Origin: Candidatus Doudnabacteria bacterium RIFCSPHIGHO2_02_FULL_43_13b
Lineage (GTDB): Bacteria > Patescibacteriota > Doudnabacteria > UBA920 > O2-02-FULL-48-8
Reading direction: 5' to 3'
Length of the DNA: 64,000 bases
Assembly (NCBI GenBank): GCA_001777655.1
Contig: MFER01000013.1
Coordinates: forward strand, 68,322-132,321
This document shows positions 1 to 8,014 of this stretch, one piece after another. Position numbers and translations under genes: made by a program. Numbering within the stretch: position 1 is the first letter of the stretch; each line of letters opens with the position of its first letter. A model generated the notes under the pieces. It was not told the origin of the DNA. It did not search any database and was given only the letters and a program-made list of their open reading frames with translations.

Positions 1-20
1 GGTGAAACACTCGGTGCCAT
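1..20 (-). CDS. 5' end of a gene running off the window edge (MAPSVS...)
   Basis: Minus-strand ATG at 20 preceded by a strong SD, AAGGAGGG; only 6 full codons visible. Confidence 0.45.
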
Positions 21-125
21 TCTACTACCCTCCTTTCTGAGTAGAGTTTGGGTTTAAATAATAATTCTCTTTTTATTCCCTGTCAATGCTACAATTCCTA
101 TAGATAACTATTAGATCCCACTTTA

Positions 126-1616
126 ATGTTTCACGGTGAAACATATAAAACTATCAGAAATCTTAAGATTCACGAGGTTTTGTTCTACGTATTTCTGTTG
201 TTTTTGCCACTCCAGACCCGGATTCTCTATAATCCAACCTCGGCGTATATCCAAGATTACTTCAATTACCACTTGGCGTTTTTTGTCTATCTGACTGATC
301 TAATTCTAATCACATGTTTTATTAGTTGGTTCTTGTTTCCAACTAACGCATCTGCGAGCGAAGCGAAGCAGTCTATTTTAAGTTTTAGATTGCTTCGTCG
401 GTCAAATGGCCTCCTCGCAAATGCGAACAACCGATTTTTTTGGCTAATTTTAGCCTTTTTTCTAGTAATTTTAATAGGAATGTTCCCCGTGAAACATCTA
501 GATTTTGGCTTATATCAGGCATTTAAGTGGTTAGAGCTCTGGCTCCTAGTGATTTATATCTGGCAAACGTTTCACAAAAGGTTTCACTTCATAGTTTCAT
601 GTGCAACAATCTTCGTTTCTGGCCTGGGACAGGCCTTTCTAGGTCTATGGCAGTTCCACGTGCAACATGGGCTGGGACTGGGCTGGTTGGGCGAATATAT
701 CGCGCCAATAGGCACCTCTGGCCTGGCGACTATCAATGTGGCTGGGGAGAAACTAATCCGCGCCTATGGAACCATGCCGCATCCCAATGTTTTCGGGGCA
801 TTCCTAGTTTTTGGCTTATTTATGGGCTTTTTCTTGGTTTCACATGGAACCTCAAAAGAAACCCATCCCCGCGAAAGCGGGGATCTAAATAAAGCTTTAT
901 CAAGATCCCCGATTACTTATTTAATACTTGCCTCGGGGATGGTTATCGTTACCCTTGGAATCTTTGTGTCATTCTCTAGGTTAGCCTGGATAGCGGCGGC
1001 AATAGGGTTTTTCGGGTTTGGCCTCTATTATTTACTCAAAAAGGCTTGGAAACCCCTAATTTTATTAGGGTTTATAGCGATTGTTTCAGGTGGAACAATC
1101 CTGTTCTTCTTTGGGAACGACTTCAGTGCCCGAGTTTTTGATGCCAATCAAACGGCTTTAGTGGATCGCTGGTTTTTCGACGACCTCGGGTTAAAAATGA
1201 TGGCCCAACACCCACTGTTAGGAGTAGGAGTAGGCAATTATGTTCCGGCGTTACAGGCCGGGGTGTCGTTAGCCTCCTGGCAATACCAACCGGCTCATAA
1301 TATTTTTATCTTCTTGGGAGCAGAACTGGGCATCATTGGCCTGATAATTTTTCTCGGGCTGGTATGGGAAATTTGCCGGCGCCTAAAAAATATTTTTTCT
1401 GATCCATTACTATTTACTATTTACTCATTACTAATTACTATCCTGCTCATGGGACAGTTCGACCATTATTTTGTTACAATTCAACAGGGGAGACTGATGT
1501 TTTTTACTATCCTTGGATTATTAGCGGCGCTGCCCAATCTTTACGATCAACGGCGCGTCATTCCGGACCACGATCCGGAATCCAGATCTCTAGATTCTGA
1601 ATCAAGTTCAGAATGA
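126..1616 (+). CDS. O-antigen ligase (Wzy_C/WaaL-like) family membrane protein carrying palindromic insertions
   Basis: Multi-TM protein with RAYGTMPHPN, SFSRLAW, GVGVGNY and HNIF...ELGIIGL motifs. Confidence 0.85.
   Translation: MFHGETYKTIRNLKIHEVLFYVFLLFLPLQTRILYNPTSAYIQDYFNYHLAFFVYLTDLILITCFISWFLFPTNASASEAKQSILSFRLLRRSNGLLANANNRFFWLILAFFLVILIGMFPVKHLDFGLYQAFKWLELWLLVIYIWQTFHKRFHFIVSCATIFVSGLGQAFLGLWQFHVQHGLGLGWLGEYIAPIGTSGLATINVAGEKLIRAYGTMPHPNVFGAFLVFGLFMGFFLVSHGTSKETHPRESGDLNKALSRSPITYLILASGMVIVTLGIFVSFSRLAWIAAAIGFFGFGLYYLLKKAWKPLILLGFIAIVSGGTILFFFGNDFSARVFDANQTALVDRWFFDDLGLKMMAQHPLLGVGVGNYVPALQAGVSLASWQYQPAHNIFIFLGAELGIIGLIIFLGLVWEICRRLKNIFSDPLLFTIYSLLITILLMGQFDHYFVTIQQGRLMFFTILGLLAALPNLYDQRRVIPDHDPESRSLDSESSSE
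347..425. repeat. RPE-like palindromic element, family P1, in frame in CDS
   Basis: TGCGAGCGAAGCGAAGCAGTCT...AGATTGCTTCGTCG...CTCCTCGCA; related copies at 18445, 26307, 61925. Confidence 0.8.
862..942. repeat. RPE-like palindromic element, family P2, in frame in CDS
   Basis: CCCATCCCCG...CGGGGATCTAAATAAAGC...AGATCCCCG...CGGGGATGG; second copy at 44917. Confidence 0.8.
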
Positions 1617-1617
1617 C
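1557..1617. repeat. RPE-like palindromic element, family P3; supplies the C-terminus and stop codon of the ligase
   Basis: GTCATTCCGGA...TCCGGAATCC...GATTCTGAATCAAGTTCAGAATGAC; half copy at 59261. Confidence 0.75.
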
Positions 1618-1623
1618 AAGCTT

Positions 1624-2892
1624 ATGATGAAATCATTTATTAAACAATTTATTCCCGAAAGTTGGTTGAACTTCTATCACTTAAGTTTGGCGCGCTTGAG
1701 TAATTTTATTTTTAGGTATCCTTCAGAAAAATTAATTGTCATCGGGGTAACTGGCACCAACGGCAAATCAACTACAGTCAATTTGATTGCCAAAATTTTA
1801 TCCGGCTTCGTCGGGGATGAACGCAAGGTTGTAATATCATCAACAGTAAATTTTAGTGACGGCAGCAAAGAATGGTTGAATGATAAAAAAATGACCATGC
1901 CGGGAAGATTTTTTTTGCAAAAACTTTTAAACCAAGGGGTAAAAGCTGGCTGTAAATTCGCCGTCATCGAGTGTTCGTCTGAAGGGATTCTCCAACATCG
2001 TCAAGCGGGAATCTATTTCGACGTCATGGTTTTTACCAATTTAACCGCAGAGCACCTGCAAGCTCATGGGGGATTTGAAAATTATAAACAAGCTAAACTG
2101 ATTTATTTTCGACATCTAGAAAAACTGCCGCACAAAGTTATCGAAGGCAAAAAAATTCCGAAAATAATCATTGTCAACACAGATGACCCGCATGCACAAG
2201 AATTTTTGAATTGCAATGTCGATAAAAAAATTATGTATAGCAAAAACGCTGCTCAAAATATCCAAATTTCAGAAAGAGGCATTTCTTTCCAGTATCAAAA
2301 TACGCAATTTAGGCTTAATTTAAAGGGGATTTTTGATATTTATAACGCCTTAGCCGCGATTGCCACTACTGCGGCCTTGGGTGTTGGTCTAAACATTAGT
2401 AAACAAGCATTAGAAAAAATTTCTAACATCCCCGGCCGAATGGAATTAATTAATACGGGCCAAAGCTTTAAAGTATTGGTGGATTATGCACCCGAACCAG
2501 AAAGCTTAAAGCAAATGTATGCATCGATCAAAAGTTGGGATAAAAATAAAATTATTCATGTGCTCGGGTCAACTGGCGGTGGGCGCGATGTCGCCCGCCG
2601 AAAAATTTTGGGAGAAATCGCAGCGGCTAATGCGGATACGGTGATCATCACGAACGAAGATCCGTATGATGATGACCCCCAGCAAATTATCGATGATGTC
2701 GCCGTGGGTGTCCCACAAGCCTTAAAAATTCTCGATCGCCGAGAAGCGATTGCCAAAGCCTTATCGCTAGCGCAAAAAAACGATTTAGTCATTATCACCG
2801 GCAAAGGTGCTGAGCAAAAAATGGCAGTGCGCGGCGGCTATATTGACTGGGACGATCGGAAGGTTGTTCGAGAAGAGTTGTCGCGGTTGTAA
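1624..2892 (+). CDS. murE: Mur ligase, MurE-type
   Basis: GVTGTNGKST, ECSSEG, FTNLTAEHL, PGRME, VDYA, TNEDP, GKGAE motifs. Confidence 0.85.
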   Translation: MMKSFIKQFIPESWLNFYHLSLARLSNFIFRYPSEKLIVIGVTGTNGKSTTVNLIAKILSGFVGDERKVVISSTVNFSDGSKEWLNDKKMTMPGRFFLQKLLNQGVKAGCKFAVIECSSEGILQHRQAGIYFDVMVFTNLTAEHLQAHGGFENYKQAKLIYFRHLEKLPHKVIEGKKIPKIIIVNTDDPHAQEFLNCNVDKKIMYSKNAAQNIQISERGISFQYQNTQFRLNLKGIFDIYNALAAIATTAALGVGLNISKQALEKISNIPGRMELINTGQSFKVLVDYAPEPESLKQMYASIKSWDKNKIIHVLGSTGGGRDVARRKILGEIAAANADTVIITNEDPYDDDPQQIIDDVAVGVPQALKILDRREAIAKALSLAQKNDLVIITGKGAEQKMAVRGGYIDWDDRKVVREELSRL

Positions 2893-2921
2893 AAAAGACA
2901 GTTTATCTTTATAATCAATCT

Positions 2922-3086
2922 ATGCAAAGTCAAAATAATCAAGACGACTATCGGCAAGTCCGACACGATTTAATTTTTGTCCTCACGATGAATGCGATAT
3001 TTTTCGCCATCCTCATCGGTCTCTACTTTGTGAATCGCGCGACTGGGCAAATCGATAGTTTCTTTGTGAATTTGTTGAAATTTTAA
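2922..3086 (+). CDS. Small single-TM hypothetical protein (54 aa)
   Basis: MQSQNNQDDYRQVRHDLIFVLTMNAIFFAILIGLYFV...; TATAAT 6 nt upstream of the ATG. Confidence 0.65.
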   Translation: MQSQNNQDDYRQVRHDLIFVLTMNAIFFAILIGLYFVNRATGQIDSFFVNLLKF

Positions 3087-3159
3087 GGGCTCGTAGTAAA
3101 GTGGTATTATCCGCCTACACTGAAGTTTCGGCGGACAGGCACGCATTTGTCCCGCACCA
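3087..3159 (+). pseudogene. tRNA 5'-half remnant (probably Ala) interrupted by a palindromic element
   Basis: GGGCTCGTAGTAAAGTGGTATTAT (acceptor 5' strand and D arm), insert CCGCCTACACTGAAGTTTCGGCGGACAGGC, then ACGCATTTG; no T arm. Confidence 0.55.
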
Positions 3160-3166
3160 ATTTCGA

Positions 3167-3240
3167 GGGCTTATGGTCTAGTGGTATGACGCCACATTCG
3201 CATTGTGGAAGCGCCAGTTCGATTCTGGCTAAGTCCACCA
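3167..3240 (+). tRNA. tRNA-Ala(CGC)
   Basis: Cloverleaf with G3:U70, anticodon arm CCACA-TTCGCAT-TGTGG, GTTCGA, CCA end. Confidence 0.95.
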
Positions 3241-3251
3241 GAGAGGAAATC

Positions 3252-3707
3252 ATGAATCTTACTTACATCAATAGTATATTATCAGGGACATTACTACTGC
3301 TAGTGATCTGGCAAACCGTCCGACTGATCAAATTGGATCGCATTAGAAAAGAGTTTTTCTCCTCTGGATTAAAGAAAAATTTAGAGCAAATTTTAGTTGA
3401 CCAAAATCGGAGTCTAACCCAAATCAGCCAGGATTTACGGCACCTCGACGAAAACTTAACCAGGTTATACAAAGACAATCGGCATAATCTGCAAAAAGTC
3501 GGGTTTATCCGCTTTAATCCGTTCGACGATGCCGGAGGAAACATCAGTTTCGCTCTCGCCTTGCTGGATGGTGATGATAACGGAGCGGTAATTTCTTCCC
3601 TGCATGGACGCGAAGGAACGCGAATGTATGCGAAAGCAATTAAGGGCGGAGTTTCCGAATCTAAACTTACCGAAGAAGAGACGCAGGCTATTAAGGACGC
3701 TAAATAA
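3252..3707 (+). CDS. DUF4446 family protein
   Basis: N-terminal TM then KVGFIRFNPF..GGNISFALALLD..NG..ISSLHGR..YAK; start taken at ATG 3252, after the tRNA. Confidence 0.85.
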   Translation: MNLTYINSILSGTLLLLVIWQTVRLIKLDRIRKEFFSSGLKKNLEQILVDQNRSLTQISQDLRHLDENLTRLYKDNRHNLQKVGFIRFNPFDDAGGNISFALALLDGDDNGAVISSLHGREGTRMYAKAIKGGVSESKLTEEETQAIKDAK

Positions 3708-3800
3708 ATTTTAAATGATTTATTTTTAATTTTGATTCAATTTCTAATATTTTAATATTAAAAATTCACTCGAAATTCAAAACTGAAAATTAAAAATTAT
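3706..3800. repeat. Degenerate inverted heptamer array, intergenic
   Basis: AATTTT(G/T)A-like units followed by inverted (T/G)AAAATT-like units; same organisation at 15909-15994. Confidence 0.55.
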
Positions 3801-3803
3801 ATT

Positions 3804-4163
3804 ATGGCAAAACCAGAAACTAATCCAGAAACAATTGTCGCCGCTGGGATGCGGATCGAGGGGGAGCTTAAAAGCTCAGGCAATATCCGAATCGACGGCA
3901 TCGTCTCTGGTAAAATTCATACCTCACAAGATTTGATGGTCGGCCCAAATGCCCAAATCGACGCTGATTTGATTGCTGACAATGCTGTAATTGCTGGCGT
4001 GGTGAAAGGCAACATCACGGCGAAAGGATCAGTACTAATTTTAGAAACCGCCAAAATACTTGGCAACATCAGCTGTTTAAGTCTAGGGATTAAAGAAGGG
4101 GCATATTTCTCTGGCGCTTGTCGCATGAACGAGCCGAAGCCTACCGCAACCAATGGACAATAA
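3804..4163 (+). CDS. Bactofilin (polymer-forming cytoskeletal protein)
   Basis: TIVAAGMRIEGEL...IRIDG...G.V.GNI...L.I.EGAYFSG beta-helix pattern. Confidence 0.92.
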   Translation: MAKPETNPETIVAAGMRIEGELKSSGNIRIDGIVSGKIHTSQDLMVGPNAQIDADLIADNAVIAGVVKGNITAKGSVLILETAKILGNISCLSLGIKEGAYFSGACRMNEPKPTATNGQ

Positions 4164-4990
4164 TGTATTACTACATCGTCGATCCGGGAAAAATTTCACA
4201 GCGAGATTTCGAACGAGTCCAGAATCAGCTGTACTCGTCTGTTTCTGAATACAAAATTGCTGGTGAAATAGCGAGGGTTACCACGCTGCGCACCATTCCT
4301 CAGCTGGTCGAAGGAGCGTTGACCCGAGGGTATAAAACTATTGTGGCCGTGGGTGGTGACGATACTCTACACGATTTAATCAATGCCGTAGCCGGTCGGG
4401 AAGTGGGGATAGGATTCATCCCAATAATTGCATCTGAAGTTGGACAGATTTTGGGACTTGGCGATATTCCACATTCTGCTAAAACCATAGCCATTCGTCG
4501 AATCGAAGAGATGGATTTAATCTACATTAATCACAACGCGATTATCACATCAGTGGCGTTCGGCGCAGGCATGCAGGCTTACTCCTCGATATTTGAATTG
4601 TGGCGTTTGCCAACTTTTCAGATCGATTTTTCGGCTGACAACAATGAGTTTCGAGGAACAACTCAAGCAATTGGCGGGGTCGTCATTAACAGCCGCCTGA
4701 AAAAACCTGACAACCAAAAACTTTTTAATCCCACCGATGGAATATTGGATGTATTATTATTGCCGAAGCTTTCCAAGTTCCAAACCTTGAAGTTTCGAAT
4801 AGATATTTTAAAAGGAAACTTCGAAAAAATCCCGGGCAGCAGCATCATCCACGTCCGGCAACTGCAGATTTCTGCTCCTGAAGGCCTGCCGCTGCGGGTT
4901 AGTAATAAAATTATCACCCGCACGCCAGCAACGATCGAAGTCAAACCAAAGGCACTCAAAATCATCGTCGGAAAAGAGCGGAAATTTTAA
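4163..4990 (+). CDS. Diacylglycerol/lipid kinase family protein, divergent
   Basis: YYYIVDP, IVAVGGDDTL, PTDGILDV, PATIEVKPKALKIIV; start at ATG 4163. Confidence 0.75.
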   Translation: MYYYIVDPGKISQRDFERVQNQLYSSVSEYKIAGEIARVTTLRTIPQLVEGALTRGYKTIVAVGGDDTLHDLINAVAGREVGIGFIPIIASEVGQILGLGDIPHSAKTIAIRRIEEMDLIYINHNAIITSVAFGAGMQAYSSIFELWRLPTFQIDFSADNNEFRGTTQAIGGVVINSRLKKPDNQKLFNPTDGILDVLLLPKLSKFQTLKFRIDILKGNFEKIPGSSIIHVRQLQISAPEGLPLRVSNKIITRTPATIEVKPKALKIIVGKERKF

Positions 4991-5033
4991 ATACTAAAGA
5001 AAAAATTCCATCATCAGATGGGATTTTTTCTTC

Positions 5034-5107
5034 TGGAGCGGGTAGCGGGAATCGAACCCGCGTCATTTGATTGGCAACCAAATGTTCTACCATTGAACCA
5101 TACCCGC
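5034..5107 (-). tRNA. tRNA-Gly(GCC)
   Basis: Cloverleaf, anticodon loop TTGCCAA, CCA end. Confidence 0.95.
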
Positions 5108-5118
5108 TCAAATATTTT

Positions 5119-5403
5119 TGGTGCCGCAGGTCAGAATCGAACTGACTACGCTCGCCTCTTCCAAAGGCTACTTGGACTATATCATCATCCTTTATAAAAA
5201 GGAGTTGGGCGCTGGTGCAGGGTTATTGTTGGGACTCACCTGCTAGTCTCTACACCTTACAGGAAACCTTCAGCCCTTCCTGCCTTGGCTCGGGATTGTC
5301 TTTTGCAAGAGTTCCCCCGAATTCACCCAATTTTTCTCAAGAACCATTACTGGTTCTGGCCCCAAAGATTTAGGGCGACGCTCTACCAATGAGCTACTGC
5401 GGC
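5119..5403 (-). tRNA. tRNA-Phe(GAA) split by a group I intron (exons 5403-5372 and 5161-5119)
   Basis: Joined exons give a 75-nt cloverleaf: GCCGCAG/CTGCGGC acceptor stem, TCGCC-CT|GAAGA-GGCGA anticodon arm, GTTCGA, CCA. Confidence 0.9.
5162..5371 (-). ncRNA. Group I intron, 210 nt, ORF-less
   Basis: 5' exon ends in U with P1 GCCCU/GGGGC and U.G wobble; P2 AGAACCA-GUAA-UGGUUCU; P7 elements AGAGACUA and GAUAUAGUCC; terminal G. Confidence 0.9.
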
Positions 5404-5427
5404 GTGAAGTATATTATACATTATTTC

Positions 5428-5504
5428 TGGTGGACGCTAAAGGATTCGAACCTTTGACCTTCGCAGTGTAAATGCGACGCTCTAACCAGCTGAGCTAAGC
5501 GTCC
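5428..5504 (-). tRNA. tRNA-Val(TAC)
   Basis: Cloverleaf, TCGCA-TTTACAC-TGCGA, CCA end. Confidence 0.95.
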
Positions 5505-5508
5505 TAAT

Positions 5509-5594
5509 TGGTGGGGACGGAGAGATTTGAACTCTCACGCCTTGCGGCATACGCACCTCGAGCGTACGTGTATACCAAGTTCCACCACGTCCCC
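5509..5594 (-). tRNA. tRNA-Leu(GAG)
   Basis: Long variable arm, TACGC-TCGAGGT-GCGTA, CCA end. Confidence 0.92.
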
Positions 5595-5658
5595 AAAAAT
5601 CCCTCAAAGTATAAGTTAGATTGAACCATAGGTCAATTGTAGCATGAATTGCAGACTA

Positions 5659-5701
5659 CTCCGACGTTTCAGTCGGAGTCCCGACCGCTATGCGTTCGGG
5701 A
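5659..5701. repeat. Double-hairpin palindrome (CTCCGAC...GTCGGAG / TCCCGA...TCGGGA)
   Basis: First hairpin resembles the polA insert at 42103-42122. Confidence 0.55.
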
Positions 5702-5730
5702 TTGACAAATCTGCGTTTTTGTGCTAACAT
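5702..5730 (+). promoter_or_regulatory. Sigma70-type promoter for the orphan at 5880
   Basis: TTGACA-17 nt-TAACAT with TG extended -10. Confidence 0.6.
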
Positions 5731-5879
5731 ATTTAGTTTGATAGTACTTTTATATCGACTTGCGGAATGGCGCTGCTTGTGCAGTTCTAAAATTTAGGAC
5801 TTTATAAGCAGCGCTGTTCCGAACTCAATCGGAAAGCTCTGACCAGCTCCGATAAGGGGCACCTTCTTAGGAGGAAGTA

Positions 5880-6491
5880 ATGGAATTGCCAAATCGCGTG
5901 CTCGTGAAATTTCGAATCAATCTCACCCGGGCCGCCGAACTGCGTGCCGCTGGACTCTACGAAGTCAAGCGCAGCATCGTGCAAGACCAGGCACTGCGGG
6001 GCAGGCAGGCCATCGAAGCGGAGGCTCTCGGTCGCGACCCATACCGCGGGCAGCGAACGGACGCCACTGGCACTGTCCGCCCGGACAGCGGCACGCCCAT
6101 GTTCACCTGGGACCCCAAGGGTCGGGTGAACGTGTGCCTGGCGACAACGATCGAGGATCTCCAGACGATTCTGGGCATGGTGTTGACGCAAGTCAACACG
6201 CTACAGAAACCGAACGATCACATGGCTTTCCTCGTTCTCAAGTTGGAGAACGCGGGATCGCCGGTGAATCTGTCGGCCAAGCAGCAGGCCCTCATCGACC
6301 GGCTCACAAGCCGGATCTACGGTCACCTGCATGGGTACAGAAACCCAGACAGATCGTGGACGCTCAACGCGGCCCACGCCGAGGACAACCCGTCCGAGAT
6401 CCGCGACGTACGGTTTTCCACAGACGGCTCAGTTCGCTGCGTCCCACGCCAGCAACACCCATCACACCACCAGCCGCCACCCCGCGGCTGA
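5880..6491 (+). CDS. GC-rich orphan hypothetical protein
   Basis: 203-aa ORF with AGGAGG SD, own promoter and downstream hairpin terminator; visibly more GC-rich than neighbours. Confidence 0.7.
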   Translation: MELPNRVLVKFRINLTRAAELRAAGLYEVKRSIVQDQALRGRQAIEAEALGRDPYRGQRTDATGTVRPDSGTPMFTWDPKGRVNVCLATTIEDLQTILGMVLTQVNTLQKPNDHMAFLVLKLENAGSPVNLSAKQQALIDRLTSRIYGHLHGYRNPDRSWTLNAAHAEDNPSEIRDVRFSTDGSVRCVPRQQHPSHHQPPPRG

Positions 6492-6546
6492 AGAGACCCA
6501 AAGACTTAGATCGCAACGATTTAAGTCTTCTTCTTTTTGCTGAAAT

Positions 6547-7950
6547 TTATTCTTCTGATTCCGATTCCCTGGCCACGATAAACTTTTCTAATTTCTTTAA
6601 AGCTGGATCCATAGTGCCTGTTCCTAAAACCTGTTTAAGATCGTATTTCTTTGGATTAACTACGCTTGCTAATGATCCCTCAAGCGTAAAAAGATGAGAC
6701 AGAAAAGTCGTGGCATAAGCTCCCTTGGGCAAATCAAAGCTAATAATAACTCCTTCGGGTAAAATTTTGTAACCTAAAATCTTCGGCAATAATTTCGTTT
6801 CTACATATCTGAGTGTAAATCGAATAAAATCAAATCGTTTGATTTTTTGGGCGAAATCTAAGGGTATTTTATCCATTTCTAAAAACTGCCGATAAACCTC
6901 TCGATCTTTGGGGTCATTACTCAAAAGGAGAGGGAGGTTGGTGGGGACTTGAAATTTATCAGCAGCTGCCAATGACAGAACTTTATTAAATACAAAACTA
7001 CTGTAAGCATAAATCCACATTTTGACCTGTTCGGAAATGCTCCTGAGCGCCCCCGTATAATCGTGTCGAAATTCCTTCAAGTAATTTAAAAGTAATAACT
7101 CGAAACGCAGACTGAACCCGAATGGTTCATACAATTTTATTATTTCTTCCCAATTTCCGAATTGCTGGTTTGCCTGCTTCCGAAGTTGTGAAAAAAACGG
7201 CAATTCGCCGGGTCCTGGATCGCAAAGATAAGAACGCACCGTTTTTTCTTCCTTACCTTGTAGCAAAAGGAGTCCCCACCAATGACTCAGCAGGCGGTTA
7301 CCGAAACGCTGAAGCCAATAAAAATTCCAAAAACCCTCGGCCTGGATTTGAGTTAGACGTTGGACTAATTTTTCTTCATCAACCTGCTCTTGGGTTCGAA
7401 TAAATATTGTAAAACGATTCCCTAAAATATTATTCATGCTCATCGCTTCTTGGGCCGACTGGATATTTTTCAAATAAAAATTACTGTTAGGCAAAGTTTG
7501 GAGTTGATCTAGCGACACTTTACTTACACTTATTCGCTGTGACGTTAAAGCAATAGCATCTTTTACCCCACCATATCCGACTTGAGTTTCTTTGATATTT
7601 AGTTTCCGGGCCAGTTCCCGAATTGCATCGATGGTTGAAATTCCAACTTTAACCAAATCAGCACGAAAAAATGGAGCCGGTTGGCTGGAGACCGGAGACG
7701 AGTTAACGTCAATAGAAACTATGGTTCCATCGGACAATCTTTCTTCCACAATAAAATCAAAGGGATGGTATTTGATAAATCCTTTCACCAGAGGCTGGAC
7801 TGGCAAAACAATACCGACTCGCGTTAGTTGCTCTAAAATCTCTAATCCCTCTGTTCTTATAAATAATTCAGGATGTTGCTCTTTTTGGCTCGCCAAAAAG
7901 GCCTGTTCTTTCTGCCATTTCTCAAAGATCGGATCAAATAATTCGGGCAT
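6547..7950 (-). CDS. truD: tRNA pseudouridine(13) synthase TruD
   Basis: DFIVEE, GYGGVKDAIALTSQ, GNRFTI, NFYWLQRFG, FDLPKGAYAT; start at ATG 7950. Confidence 0.9.
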   Translation of the reverse strand: MPELFDPIFEKWQKEQAFLASQKEQHPELFIRTEGLEILEQLTRVGIVLPVQPLVKGFIKYHPFDFIVEERLSDGTIVSIDVNSSPVSSQPAPFFRADLVKVGISTIDAIRELARKLNIKETQVGYGGVKDAIALTSQRISVSKVSLDQLQTLPNSNFYLKNIQSAQEAMSMNNILGNRFTIFIRTQEQVDEEKLVQRLTQIQAEGFWNFYWLQRFGNRLLSHWWGLLLLQGKEEKTVRSYLCDPGPGELPFFSQLRKQANQQFGNWEEIIKLYEPFGFSLRFELLLLNYLKEFRHDYTGALRSISEQVKMWIYAYSSFVFNKVLSLAAADKFQVPTNLPLLLSNDPKDREVYRQFLEMDKIPLDFAQKIKRFDFIRFTLRYVETKLLPKILGYKILPEGVIISFDLPKGAYATTFLSHLFTLEGSLASVVNPKKYDLKQVLGTGTMDPALKKLEKFIVARESESEE

Positions 7951-7978
7951 GACCAAAGTATAGCCTGGTATGACACTA

Positions 7979-8007
7979 TTGACAAAGCGGGGATTTTGTG
8001 CTAATAT
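7979..8007 (+). promoter_or_regulatory. Sigma70-type promoter upstream of a long structured leader
   Basis: TTGACA-17 nt-TAATAT. Confidence 0.6.
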
Positions 8008-8014
8008 TATCAGT

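Larger units (their letters stand above)
127..1097. other. Cluster of six parS-like palindromes
   Basis: 127-143 TGTTTCACGGTGAAACA; 481-496 TGTTCCCCGTGAAACA; 593-608 AGTTTCATGTGCAACA; 652-667 AGTTCCACGTGCAACA; 836-851 GGTTTCACATGGAACC; 1082-1097 TGTTTCAGGTGGAACA; compare parS consensus TGTTNCACGTGAAACA. Confidence 0.7.

Noticed and set aside
3147-3251. N-terminal extension of the DUF4446 ORF
   Set aside because: It overlaps tRNA-Ala; ATG 3252 is the plausible start
5802-6697. Several overlapping alternative ORFs around the GC-rich orphan
   Set aside because: Expected from stop-codon scarcity in GC-rich DNA; only 5880-6491 has an SD, promoter and terminator
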